From positions 1-17,146 of the forward strand of contig JAYZEG010000081.1 of assembly GCA_036337435.1 (NCBI GenBank): a DNA stretch of 17,146 nucleotides, in the 5' to 3' direction. Shown here in pieces: positions 9,417 to 17,146 of the stretch. Position 1 is the first letter of the stretch. Each line of letters starts with the position of its first letter. The translations under genes were made by a program, and so were the position numbers. A model generated the notes under the pieces. It was not told where the DNA came from and searched no databases. It saw nothing but the letters and a program-made list of their open reading frames with translations. This DNA is from Myxococcota bacterium. Its GTDB lineage: Bacteria; Myxococcota_A; Bradymonadia; UBA7976; UBA1532.

Positions 9417-9444
9417 TTCACAGGTCAACTTACAGGGTCACCAG

Positions 9445-10899
9445 GTGCTTACAACGTCAAACCACATCATATTCGCTGTTCTGTTTTTCTTGGCGACGCT
9501 CGTTCCTTTGTCCGGCTGTGATGAAGCAACGCCACTTGAGCACTCGGTCGATGCGTTGGCACCGCGCTTAGACCAATTACTGCCTCGAGATGTGGGCCTC
9601 CCACCCGACTTACAACTCGATATGGAGCTTGACCAAAGGCTGGCTGAGGATGCGCAGGCGATCGCAGATGGACGTATCGGCGACCAGAGCCTACCAGATG
9701 CTGCTGAACGTCGACAAGATGGCCGAGTCCTTGATGGCGACTTCGGCACTATCACGAGCCACGACATGGGTATAGATTTGGGTTCAGACGACCCGAATGC
9801 GGAACGAACAGCCCGACGCTGGGCCGAAGCCTATTGTGGTTATATTCGTCCCTGTGCAACCGGCGTAATGAAAGTCGCTGCTTGGGCCGACGGGGATTGC
9901 GTGGAGCAGGTCTATCTGAGCATTCGAGACGGCGAGCTCGCTCGGCTCCAATACGGGTTAGCCGCAGGCCTGATTGAACTTGAACCAGACTCGATCACGC
10001 GGTGCATCAACGCTTATGCTAATCTTGACTGTGCTGCTGAGGACCAATTGGCCAATCGCCGACAGCTTGACGCAGCGTGTAAAGAAACCGTTCATGGTCG
10101 CCTAGGGGATGGGCAACCCTGCGTAGATGACACGCATTGTAGCAGTACACTCTGCCTCGGTGCCAGCACCTGCAGTGGAATCTGTTCGCCGCGCTCCGGA
10201 CTCGGCCAACCGTGCTCCGACGCGTGTATTGGACAATGCGAATGCGAACCCAACCTCATTTGTGATCAAGGTCTGTGTCGTCGTCCTCAGCAAGTGGGCA
10301 CTGCGTGTAACAGAGAATCGGTGTGCGAAGGGGCTCCCGTCTTCGCCACGTGTACCGGCGACGGTGATGTTGATGGGCAGTGTGAAACGAGACCGCTCCC
10401 AGAGATTCCTGCCGTGGGCGGCCGCTGTGGACCCGCACGACTCGGAGAACCAAGCTGCCACATCGACCACCACTGCGTTTACAGGCCTGAAGCCGGAACA
10501 GATCGAGGCCGGTGTGAACTGGAATTTGAAGGACCGGGCTGCCCGCTGGCGTTTCCAGATATGTGTCCGGACAACACCTATTGTACCGATGTTGTACCAC
10601 GACGAGGTGCCAGGTCGCCGATTTACATGGGCCGCTGCCAGCCAAGAGCCAGCGACGGTGAGCCCTGCTGGGCTATCGGCATGCGTGCCATTACGCCCGA
10701 GTCAAACTGTCAAAGAGGCTTACTTTGCTTGAATGACCGAGGCCGAGCTGTGGGCCGCTTTGGTCCTGATAACGAAATTGGTCAGTGTACTGCCAGGCGC
10801 GCTCTGGGCACTCAATGTAGCGCAGACAGTCAATGTGCAAGCAGACGCTGTATGGGCGCTGTTTGCGTCGTCCCGCTGGACTGTCCTCAACTCGACTGA
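9445..10899 (+). CDS. Cysteine-rich lipoprotein with tandem Dickkopf/colipase-like Cys modules
   Basis: Hydrophobic signal ending in an LSGC lipobox, an Asp-rich linker, about 39 Cys by hand count, and repeated GxxC-x(n)-C-x(3-8)-C-x(n)-GxC units. Confidence 0.8.
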   Translation: MLTTSNHIIFAVLFFLATLVPLSGCDEATPLEHSVDALAPRLDQLLPRDVGLPPDLQLDMELDQRLAEDAQAIADGRIGDQSLPDAAERRQDGRVLDGDFGTITSHDMGIDLGSDDPNAERTARRWAEAYCGYIRPCATGVMKVAAWADGDCVEQVYLSIRDGELARLQYGLAAGLIELEPDSITRCINAYANLDCAAEDQLANRRQLDAACKETVHGRLGDGQPCVDDTHCSSTLCLGASTCSGICSPRSGLGQPCSDACIGQCECEPNLICDQGLCRRPQQVGTACNRESVCEGAPVFATCTGDGDVDGQCETRPLPEIPAVGGRCGPARLGEPSCHIDHHCVYRPEAGTDRGRCELEFEGPGCPLAFPDMCPDNTYCTDVVPRRGARSPIYMGRCQPRASDGEPCWAIGMRAITPESNCQRGLLCLNDRGRAVGRFGPDNEIGQCTARRALGTQCSADSQCASRRCMGAVCVVPLDCPQLD

Positions 10900-11579
10900 T
10901 CACCGGTTGGAGAACGCTGAGCCCCCCATTCAAGATGTTTCGCCAGCGACTCCGATCCAAACACGGTCTCGGCAAACTCGTATCGGCTCGCCTCTAAGGT
11001 GACACCGAGTCCATCCGCCAAGCGGTTCATAAAGGCAAAACAAGAGGTCACTAAAACAATGTCAGTGACAGCCTCGTCTCCCAGGCCATGACGTGTTAAG
11101 GCATCCACATGCCCCCGCTTCACCGTCTCAGGTCGACGAGTCAACTGCTCGACATAATTCAGAATCGCCATGTCCGCATCGGTGAGAAGGCCGCTCGGAA
11201 GAATCCGCCTAGCCCAGTCATTACACGAGTCACCACCGGTGCCCCTACTTGTTCGGTAAATGGCCCGAACGAACCTAAGGAAGTCTTGCTCTGCCCCGGT
11301 CCAAACATCACGCAGAAACTCTGCATGAGAAATCAGTCAGTAATAGCACTGGTTTAATGCAGAAACCGTGCTTGCAATGAGCTCTTCTCGATAGCGGCCC
11401 AGTGTGGAGCCACCAAATGTCACCGCGTAATTCATCTGAAGAACTCGGCGTAGTGCATCAGGACGATGACTCATTGATGCGATCACGGCAGGTACATTAC
11501 GCCCTTCCTTTCGATACTGTGCCGTCACTCGCGAGAGCGCAGTATCTGGCTTTTCTTCAGGTAAACCAATCCACCCCAT
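10887..11579 (-). CDS. AhpD/carboxymuconolactone decarboxylase-family peroxidase-related selenoprotein (CxxU), 230 aa with Sec81
   Basis: The two track ORFs share a frame. The intervening sequence is stop-free after TGA 11339-11337 (LISHAEFLRDVWTGAEQDFLRFVRAIYRTSRGTGGDSCNDWARRILPSGLLTDAD-MAIL...). The motif EELIASTVSALNQCYYU-LISH matches AhpD-type E..NxCxxCxxxH. The C-terminal half (LTRRP...FAFMNRLADGLGV) is typical of the family. AAGGAG precedes ATG 11579. Confidence 0.9.
11308..11328 (-). promoter_or_regulatory. Putative bacterial SECIS element
   Basis: The mRNA reads UGA-CUGAUUUC-UCAUGCAGA-GUU-UCUGCGUGA: a 9-bp stem with one G-U pair and a small apical loop containing GU, starting 17 nt after the UGA. 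This fits the bacterial SECIS pattern. Confidence 0.75.
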
Positions 11580-11738
11580 AGGAGGTCTCCTTTTAGCCTA
11601 TGACCACACCAGTGAGGGTAACCCCTGCCTGAATGGTATTCAAGCCGAACCGTGTCAAAAGGCAACGCCCCAAAAACCTGAAAACCATTGTGCGGATTGC
11701 ACTTAGAGAAACCTTGACCTGGGTGACGGCATCTTAAA

Positions 11739-11756
11739 ACCAATGGTGCCATTGGT
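11739..11756. promoter_or_regulatory. Palindromic candidate operator ACCAATGG-TG-CCATTGGT in a divergent promoter region
   Basis: Perfect 8-bp inverted repeat with a 2-nt spacer, too tight for an RNA hairpin loop. It lies about 35 nt upstream of the FapA-like gene. Confidence 0.4.
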
Positions 11757-11791
11757 GTACCAAACCCGGCGGCAGAGCCAAAGGGGATACG

Positions 11792-13513
11792 GTGACGATG
11801 CAGTATATTAAGTGTCATGGCTGTTCGGCCACTCTCAAGTTCGCCCATCGCGGGTCAAAAACGCGGGTACGTTGTCCCCGGTGCCGGGCCGTCACGGCCG
11901 CACCAACACGGCCCGATGACACGTCTAAGCTACCCGACTTCACCGAGCCACTCGATGTCGCGACTCAAACCGCCGAATTGGACGATCCTGAGCTTAATTT
12001 CCCAGACATAAGGGACTCTGTAGACCCTCCCACCGATGAATCGAGGCCTGGCTTTGCCATGCAGATTGACCACCAACTCAGCACTGTACATTTGGTCGTC
12101 GAAACCAAGCCCCCAGTTCTCGCCAATTACGAGGGCGTCATCGCAGCTTTAAAAACCAACCGGATCAGCCATGGGATTGCATTCGACACCATCAAGGTCG
12201 CTTGTATGTCGCTCGACTACCCAGAAGACCTGAAAATCGGTCAGTCATTCCTAATCGCACAAGGCGTTCCGGCTGCTGTAGGCGACGATGGCACTATCGA
12301 ATATCTGGTCGACGTGACCGGGGAAAACCAGCAGGCTACAGCGAGTCAAAACGACCAAGATGGACGGGTTGACTACAAAGCCATCGCTGGAATCCTCACA
12401 GTAAACAACGGTGCTCCATTAGCTCAAATAACAAAGCCGACGATGGGAACACCAGGGGTAGGCCTCGATGGCAAGCCGACCCCTGCTTTGCCCGGGCAAC
12501 CTGTCCAAATTCTGCCTGGGGAAGGCGTTCGCTTTAGTCCAGAAGACAATCGGTATTACGCCACTCGAGATGGACGCCCACTGCTGACAGACTCAAATTT
12601 GACGGTCCTTGATATCTATGAAGTTGCCGAAGATGTTGACATGTCAATTGGTCACATTGCTTTCAACGGACATGTCATTGTGAGAGGCAGCGTCTTAGAC
12701 GATTTCGAAATCAAATGTAAGAGTATAGAGGTACACGGTACGGTCGGAGCCGCCCGCATTACGTGTAGTGGGGATGCGATGCTTCACGGCGGTGTAAATG
12801 GTAATCAAAACGGTCGCCTGCGGATTGGCGGCCATTGTTCCGCAAAATATCTCAATGAAGCGGAATTGTTCGTAAACCGCGACTTGACAGTCGAACGTGG
12901 CGTATCGAATTGCCAGCTTGCCTGTGGGAGCGTCGTTTTTGCTGATCGGGTGATCGGTGGTCGAGCCGTTGCGCTAAAGGGCTTCGAAATCAATTATCTG
13001 GGGTCTGACTTGGGAGTGAGCACACATCTCATTTCAGGACGCCATCCTCTACGAGAAAAATTGACAGCGAGGCTATCAACAGAAATGGCACTTCTGGAAT
13101 CCCTTCAGAAGGATCCCCGAAGTGCTGTGTCCAACCATAGCGTGCAAGACGGATCCGCTGGTCCAAATCCAGCCGACCTGAATCCTGAGGAGCAGACGAA
13201 AGACCCCCTAGAAGACACAAACGAAGACGAATCAGCAGCGAGCGCGGGCACCAAAGAAATCTGGGAACGGATCTGTGGCTTACAGACGAAGCTGGCCTCT
13301 TTGGAGGAAAAAGAGTCCGCCTTAGCCATTAAACAGGTCAACATCGGCTCCCAACTATTCGCCGATGTCATCGTCACCCTGGGAGAGCAAACGCGAGAGT
13401 TTAAGACGCCCAAGGGTGGCAAACAATCAATTCGGCTCGATGAAAACGGAGCCATTGATATTGGCCCCTACAAACGCAGGCCACGCAACACTATGCCAGA
13501 GAACCAATCCTAG
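11792..13513 (+). CDS. FapA/DUF342 family protein with an N-terminal zinc-ribbon finger
   Basis: N-terminal CHGC-x16-CPRC. DUF342-like motifs IAQGVPAAVGDDG, DGRVDYK, PTMGTPG, DVDMSIGHIAFNGHVIVRGSV, AKYLN, IGG and LGSDLGVST, then a coiled-coil-like C-terminal part. Start is GTG 11792 or ATG 11798. Confidence 0.85.
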   Translation: MTMQYIKCHGCSATLKFAHRGSKTRVRCPRCRAVTAAPTRPDDTSKLPDFTEPLDVATQTAELDDPELNFPDIRDSVDPPTDESRPGFAMQIDHQLSTVHLVVETKPPVLANYEGVIAALKTNRISHGIAFDTIKVACMSLDYPEDLKIGQSFLIAQGVPAAVGDDGTIEYLVDVTGENQQATASQNDQDGRVDYKAIAGILTVNNGAPLAQITKPTMGTPGVGLDGKPTPALPGQPVQILPGEGVRFSPEDNRYYATRDGRPLLTDSNLTVLDIYEVAEDVDMSIGHIAFNGHVIVRGSVLDDFEIKCKSIEVHGTVGAARITCSGDAMLHGGVNGNQNGRLRIGGHCSAKYLNEAELFVNRDLTVERGVSNCQLACGSVVFADRVIGGRAVALKGFEINYLGSDLGVSTHLISGRHPLREKLTARLSTEMALLESLQKDPRSAVSNHSVQDGSAGPNPADLNPEEQTKDPLEDTNEDESAASAGTKEIWERICGLQTKLASLEEKESALAIKQVNIGSQLFADVIVTLGEQTREFKTPKGGKQSIRLDENGAIDIGPYKRRPRNTMPENQS

Positions 13514-13525
13514 GCGGTCAGCGAC

Positions 13526-14845
13526 TTATGGCTGCCAACTATTGCTTCGGACGCCAGCCACGCCGTACAGGATATCGCCCCAAGTCGAATTCTTAATGCC
13601 TTCGGAAATGGTTATCCAGTCGACCGCCTTCTCGGGCGTTCCGTTATTGATAGCTTCCATACTGTACATCAGACTATCCAAGAGCACATTGAGTGTTCTC
13701 GGTGCCCCCGATGGGTAGGACGATTTACCGGTGGCGACGACGTCAGCCATCGCAAAGCCCTGCGGGTCGCTCGCAGTCGCTTTTGCCCTGAAGACCTGCC
13801 GGGAGTAATAGGCGAAGGATTGGCATGAATGCATTACGATAATCTGATACGTGTCGGAGAAGGCATCGGGGTCGTCCAATAGATGTTTACTGCCGTATGA
13901 CGAATGCCCATTGTAATGCACGAAACTGTAGTCTTTGAGCGTGTTCCGAAAGATGGCTTCGAAACCGCTTCGGCTCCAGCCTGCTTGTGTGGGGTCAAAC
14001 AGGTCGATGACCATGACAACACCACCTTTTCGCCAAAGGTAACGAGTATACGAACCGTCCGGCGATTCGACGCCGGTTAAGCCTAAATCCTGTTCGAGCA
14101 TGTCCGCATGAGCATTGAAACGACTCATCCGGTCGCGGTCACCCAAATTGGGAACGAGGGCTGCACGAAAGCCGATCCCCTCAGGGAGTTGCTGCATCAA
14201 TTGGTCATATTCTGGATAAGTCGTCGGCCGATCAAATACTTCTGTCACCCGCAGCTTCGCTCGAACCAAGGGCAAATTGCACTCCGTTTGCTCCGGCTTA
14301 AAATAGTAGTGGAAGTTATAGGACTTAATCGAGTGACCGTCGTCTGACTTCGCGCATGCTGACATGGTTGTCGAATCGAATCCTGTCGGTGTCTCAGGGA
14401 CCAGTGCCTCAAACTCTGAATTGCGAAGTCGAGACAGGGACGGCACATCGCCATTGAGTCGTCCCAGCATATCGACCACAGCCGTATACTGAATCTCCAA
14501 CCCCTTCTCGGTCTCGACCATCGACTGAACTTGAATGGATTCAGACAGCTGATTGAGGCGCCAGCCACGGTTTTCAGCCGCAACCTTAAAAAACTTTACC
14601 TGGAGGTCAATGAGTCGCTGCTGAGTCGCATAATCCTCAAGGACCAATTCCCATTCATCACCCTCGGGAACTAAAACACGTCCCTCCACTTCGGCGTTGA
14701 CTTCAAAGGAATCTGCACCGATCCATCCACTTTCCTTCTCATTGCTGGCCTCGTTTGGGACAGGGCCCAGTTCCTTCGCACATCCACTCGCAATCAGAGT
14801 CGATAAAGCAAATAGGCTGACCAATGTTAACGTCTTTAGTTTCAT
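13526..14845 (-). CDS. Hypothetical lipoprotein, possible clan CD-like His/Cys peptidase fold at the C-terminus
   Basis: GGAG precedes ATG 14845. Signal MKLKTLTLVSLFALSTLIASGC carries a lipobox. Motifs FVHYNGHS and IIVMHSCQSF are present. The coding call is firm; the function is tentative. Confidence 0.75.
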   Translation of the reverse strand: MKLKTLTLVSLFALSTLIASGCAKELGPVPNEASNEKESGWIGADSFEVNAEVEGRVLVPEGDEWELVLEDYATQQRLIDLQVKFFKVAAENRGWRLNQLSESIQVQSMVETEKGLEIQYTAVVDMLGRLNGDVPSLSRLRNSEFEALVPETPTGFDSTTMSACAKSDDGHSIKSYNFHYYFKPEQTECNLPLVRAKLRVTEVFDRPTTYPEYDQLMQQLPEGIGFRAALVPNLGDRDRMSRFNAHADMLEQDLGLTGVESPDGSYTRYLWRKGGVVMVIDLFDPTQAGWSRSGFEAIFRNTLKDYSFVHYNGHSSYGSKHLLDDPDAFSDTYQIIVMHSCQSFAYYSRQVFRAKATASDPQGFAMADVVATGKSSYPSGAPRTLNVLLDSLMYSMEAINNGTPEKAVDWITISEGIKNSTWGDILYGVAGVRSNSWQP

Positions 14846-15194
14846 AGAGAACTCCAACAGAACACGACCGGGGGCCGGTGAGTTATTCGGGGCGAAGTCT
14901 AGCAGACTCAGTCGAAAAATGAAATTCCCTTCTTCGGTCGCCGATTGGAAACAAACTCATCTCGCTACGGTGCGCTGGTCTGTCCATCGCCCAGGCCATT
15001 TTACTCTTCGACTTTCGAAAAAGCCTGGTTTTCCACGCGACCAACAATCGGTCGAAAAAAAAGTATTACCCTGTGCAGGTTTATCGGCGCAGACACAACG
15101 GCCGGTATTTTCAGCCCGGTTCGACAATTAAAGCTATGCATGAATCGTTGACTGTCGCACACTTCATGGACACGCGAGAAATGGAGTTAATCCC

Positions 15195-16616
15195 ATGGAC
15201 ATTGATCCAAGCTGGCTTTCAACCCTCCCTGTCCTCGTAGCCATCAGTCTTGCATTTCTGACCCGGCGGGTGTTGCCTGCTCTTTTTGCGGCCGTTGTGA
15301 GCGGCGGCTTTGTGTGCGCGTACCAGACCCAAGATTTAGGGGATATCAATGTAGTGCAGAGATTCCTGCTTCCCGCACTGGGGTCGACAGCCTATGCCAA
15401 AATTCTCGTCGTCTACCTCTGGTCCCTCGGGGGTCTTATTGGCATGTGGCAGAAAACAGGCGGTGCGGAGCACTTTGCTCGAACCGTCGGCTCATTGGTG
15501 GCAAAGGGCCGCACATCAGCCAAGTTTTTTGCTTGGCTCGTTGGTGTCATTTTCCATCAGGGAGGCACGATCAGCACGGTCCTGGCAGGCACCACGGTCA
15601 AGCCGGTCACAGATGAGCACGGTGTGTCCCATGAAGAGTTGGCCTATATCGTTGACTCTACGGCATCTCCCGTCGCAACGGTTCTACCCTTCAACGCCTG
15701 GCCTGCTTACGTCGCAGGCTTAGTGCTCGCCACGCTTCCATTTCTTAAGACAGAGACCGATGCATTCAGCCTGTTCTTTTCATCCATCGCCTTTAATTTC
15801 TACGGAATCTTTGCGCTCTTAATGACCTTACTGTTCGCACTCGATAAACTGCCATGGCTGGGCAAGCGAATGAACGCGGCGCGGGTCAGAGCCCTCGAGA
15901 CAGGTGAGCTGGATGGGGCAACCGCGAGACCGCTTCTACCTCCTGCACAAACCGATCAAAGGGCACCAGGGTATCAGCCATCCTTGCTGGATTTCTTCAT
16001 TCCGATAGGGGTCTTACTTTCTCTCGCAATCGGTCCAGTGCTCCTATTTGACAAAACCTATATCGATGAAGCTTTCGTGGCCTGCGTTCTGTCTTCAATG
16101 GTGGTGGCCAAATTACGCGGCATGTCGCTTAATTCAGTCCTCGATGGTTTCATCTCAGGCTGCAAAAGCATGACCATCGGGGCCATTATGTTAGGACTTG
16201 CAGTGACTTTGGCCGCTGTCACTAAAGAGTTACAGACAGCCCAATATTTGGTTTCACTCATGGATGGGTTCATCCCACTCGTGGTGCTGCCGGCTTTCTT
16301 GACAGCGGTCTGCATGGTCATTGCTTTCGCCTGCGGTTCGTCCTGGGGTACCTATGCCGTTGTTTTTCCCGTTGCACTGCCCTTGGCCTACGCACTCAGC
16401 ACCGATATCACCTATGTTCAGATCTGTTTTGGCGCCGTACTTGGTGGGGCTGTCTTCGGCGACCAATGCTCCCCGATTTCAGACACGACCATCTTGTCAA
16501 GTATGTTTACCGGCTGCGATCTGATGGACCATGTTGGGACGCAGCTGCCTCTCGCACTGACAGCGGCGGCAATGGCGGCCGGTGCGTCGACCTTAGCAGT
16601 CCTTGTTCTTGTTTAG
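15195..16616 (+). CDS. Na+/H+ antiporter NhaC family transporter
   Basis: Many hydrophobic helices and motifs VSHEELAYIVDSTASP, GSSWGT and GAVFGDQCSPISDTTILSS...DHV. GGAG precedes ATG 15195. Confidence 0.9.
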   Translation: MDIDPSWLSTLPVLVAISLAFLTRRVLPALFAAVVSGGFVCAYQTQDLGDINVVQRFLLPALGSTAYAKILVVYLWSLGGLIGMWQKTGGAEHFARTVGSLVAKGRTSAKFFAWLVGVIFHQGGTISTVLAGTTVKPVTDEHGVSHEELAYIVDSTASPVATVLPFNAWPAYVAGLVLATLPFLKTETDAFSLFFSSIAFNFYGIFALLMTLLFALDKLPWLGKRMNAARVRALETGELDGATARPLLPPAQTDQRAPGYQPSLLDFFIPIGVLLSLAIGPVLLFDKTYIDEAFVACVLSSMVVAKLRGMSLNSVLDGFISGCKSMTIGAIMLGLAVTLAAVTKELQTAQYLVSLMDGFIPLVVLPAFLTAVCMVIAFACGSSWGTYAVVFPVALPLAYALSTDITYVQICFGAVLGGAVFGDQCSPISDTTILSSMFTGCDLMDHVGTQLPLALTAAAMAAGASTLAVLVLV

Positions 16617-17146
16617 GAGGCCCTGACGTAGACCCATTCATCAGAATCCGACAGCTGAGATTCGAAGCGATAACCATCAGTGCTGAACTCTTTTAGCGCC
16701 TCGGGCTTGGTAATTCGGTTCTGTACGATGTAGCGCGCCATACTTCCGCGTGCCCGTTTCGCGAGAAAGCTGATCACCTTAGCCTTTCCGTCCCGCACTT
16801 CTTTGAAGACCGGCGTAATGACCCGACAACCGAGTGCCCGCACGGGTACCGCGCTGAAGTACTCTTTTGATGCGAGGTTGATTACAACCTGAGACTCATG
16901 TCCGTCTAAGCGATGGCGAATCTCTTGGGCGATGGTTTCACCCCAAAAACGGTACAGCCCTTGACCTGCGTCCGTGTGCAGCTTAGTGCCCATCTCGAGT
17001 CGGTAAGGTTGAATCGAGTCCAAAGGCCTCAGTAGCCCATAGAGACCCGACAATATACCGATGTTTTCTTGGGCGAACGCTAACTCGGAATCACTCAAGG
17101 TACCGGCTTCAAAGCCAACATACGTGTCACCAGCAAACGTCAAAAC
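16613..17146 (-). CDS. yaaA: Peroxide stress protein YaaA (DUF328), 5' end outside the window
   Basis: Motifs FAGDTY, ILSGLYGLLRPLDSIQPYRLEMG, INLASKEY and SFLAKRARGSMAR. The frame is open to the window edge. Confidence 0.93.
   Translation of the reverse strand, partial: VLTFAGDTYVGFEAGTLSDSELAFAQENIGILSGLYGLLRPLDSIQPYRLEMGTKLHTDAGQGLYRFWGETIAQEIRHRLDGHESQVVINLASKEYFSAVPVRALGCRVITPVFKEVRDGKAKVISFLAKRARGSMARYIVQNRITKPEALKEFSTDGYRFESQLSDSDEWVYVRAS

Noticed and set aside
10127..10732. 201-aa alternative-frame ORF and other nested or antisense ORFs inside the main genes
   Set aside because: Expected shadow ORFs at this GC content; each lies within a better-supported CDS.
10830..10889. Second read-through at the selenoprotein's terminal TGA
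   Set aside because: No redox motif context, no clear SECIS-like stem, and the continuation is antisense to the Cys-rich gene.
10887..11579. Two separate small genes, or a nonsense pseudogene
   Set aside because: The single stop is UGA at the catalytic Cys position, the frame is otherwise intact, and a SECIS-like hairpin follows. Recoding is the simpler explanation.
11525..11848. 107-aa minus-strand ORF across the divergent promoter
   Set aside because: It overlaps the starts of both flanking genes and has no protein-like features.
14697..15151. ORFs 14697..15131 and 14945..15151
   Set aside because: Antisense or intergenic shadow frames without motifs or a clear RBS.
1..17146. Alternative genetic code with UGA as Trp or Gly
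   Set aside because: Other genes end at TGA at natural positions (for example the mutase at 6148-6150) and no other conserved gene is interrupted by UGA.
1053..17146. A single oxidative-stress/DNA-repair system (xth, AhpD-like selenoprotein, yaaA) or a nuclease defence island (xth, endA)
   Set aside because: The genes are in separate transcription units kilobases apart, with no shared motif or mobility marker seen.
1..17146. CRISPR array, tRNA (including tRNA-Sec), rRNA or insertion sequence
   Set aside because: No regularly spaced repeats, cloverleaf signatures, rRNA motifs, transposase ORFs or terminal inverted repeats were seen by manual reading.

Overview
Bacterial chromosomal window, about 55% GC by eye. 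It is most consistent with a Myxococcota/deltaproteobacterial genome (lipoproteins with Asp-rich linkers, a Myxococcus-type Cys-rich repeat, an MJ0042-like zinc finger); this assignment is inference. Gene order: partial Cys-containing ORF coupled to an outer-membrane beta-barrel-like gene (+); exodeoxyribonuclease III (-); a 659-bp intergenic region with a long nested stem-loop; biotin carboxylase, biotin carrier and methylmalonyl-CoA mutase large subunit (+); endonuclease I (-); TetR regulator and two large lipoproteins (+); an AhpD/CMD-family gene (-); a zinc-finger/FapA (DUF342) protein (+); a lipoprotein with a possible His/Cys dyad (-); an NhaC-family transporter (+); partial yaaA (-). 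The strongest finding is that the ORF-track fragments 11337..11579 and 10887..11171 are one continuous 230-aa frame. It is interrupted by a single UGA exactly at the second Cys of the AhpD CxxC motif (NQCYYU-LISH) and followed by a SECIS-like hairpin, so it is very probably a selenoprotein missed by standard gene calling. A secondary lead is a roughly 145-nt rod-like candidate ncRNA at 2155-2299.
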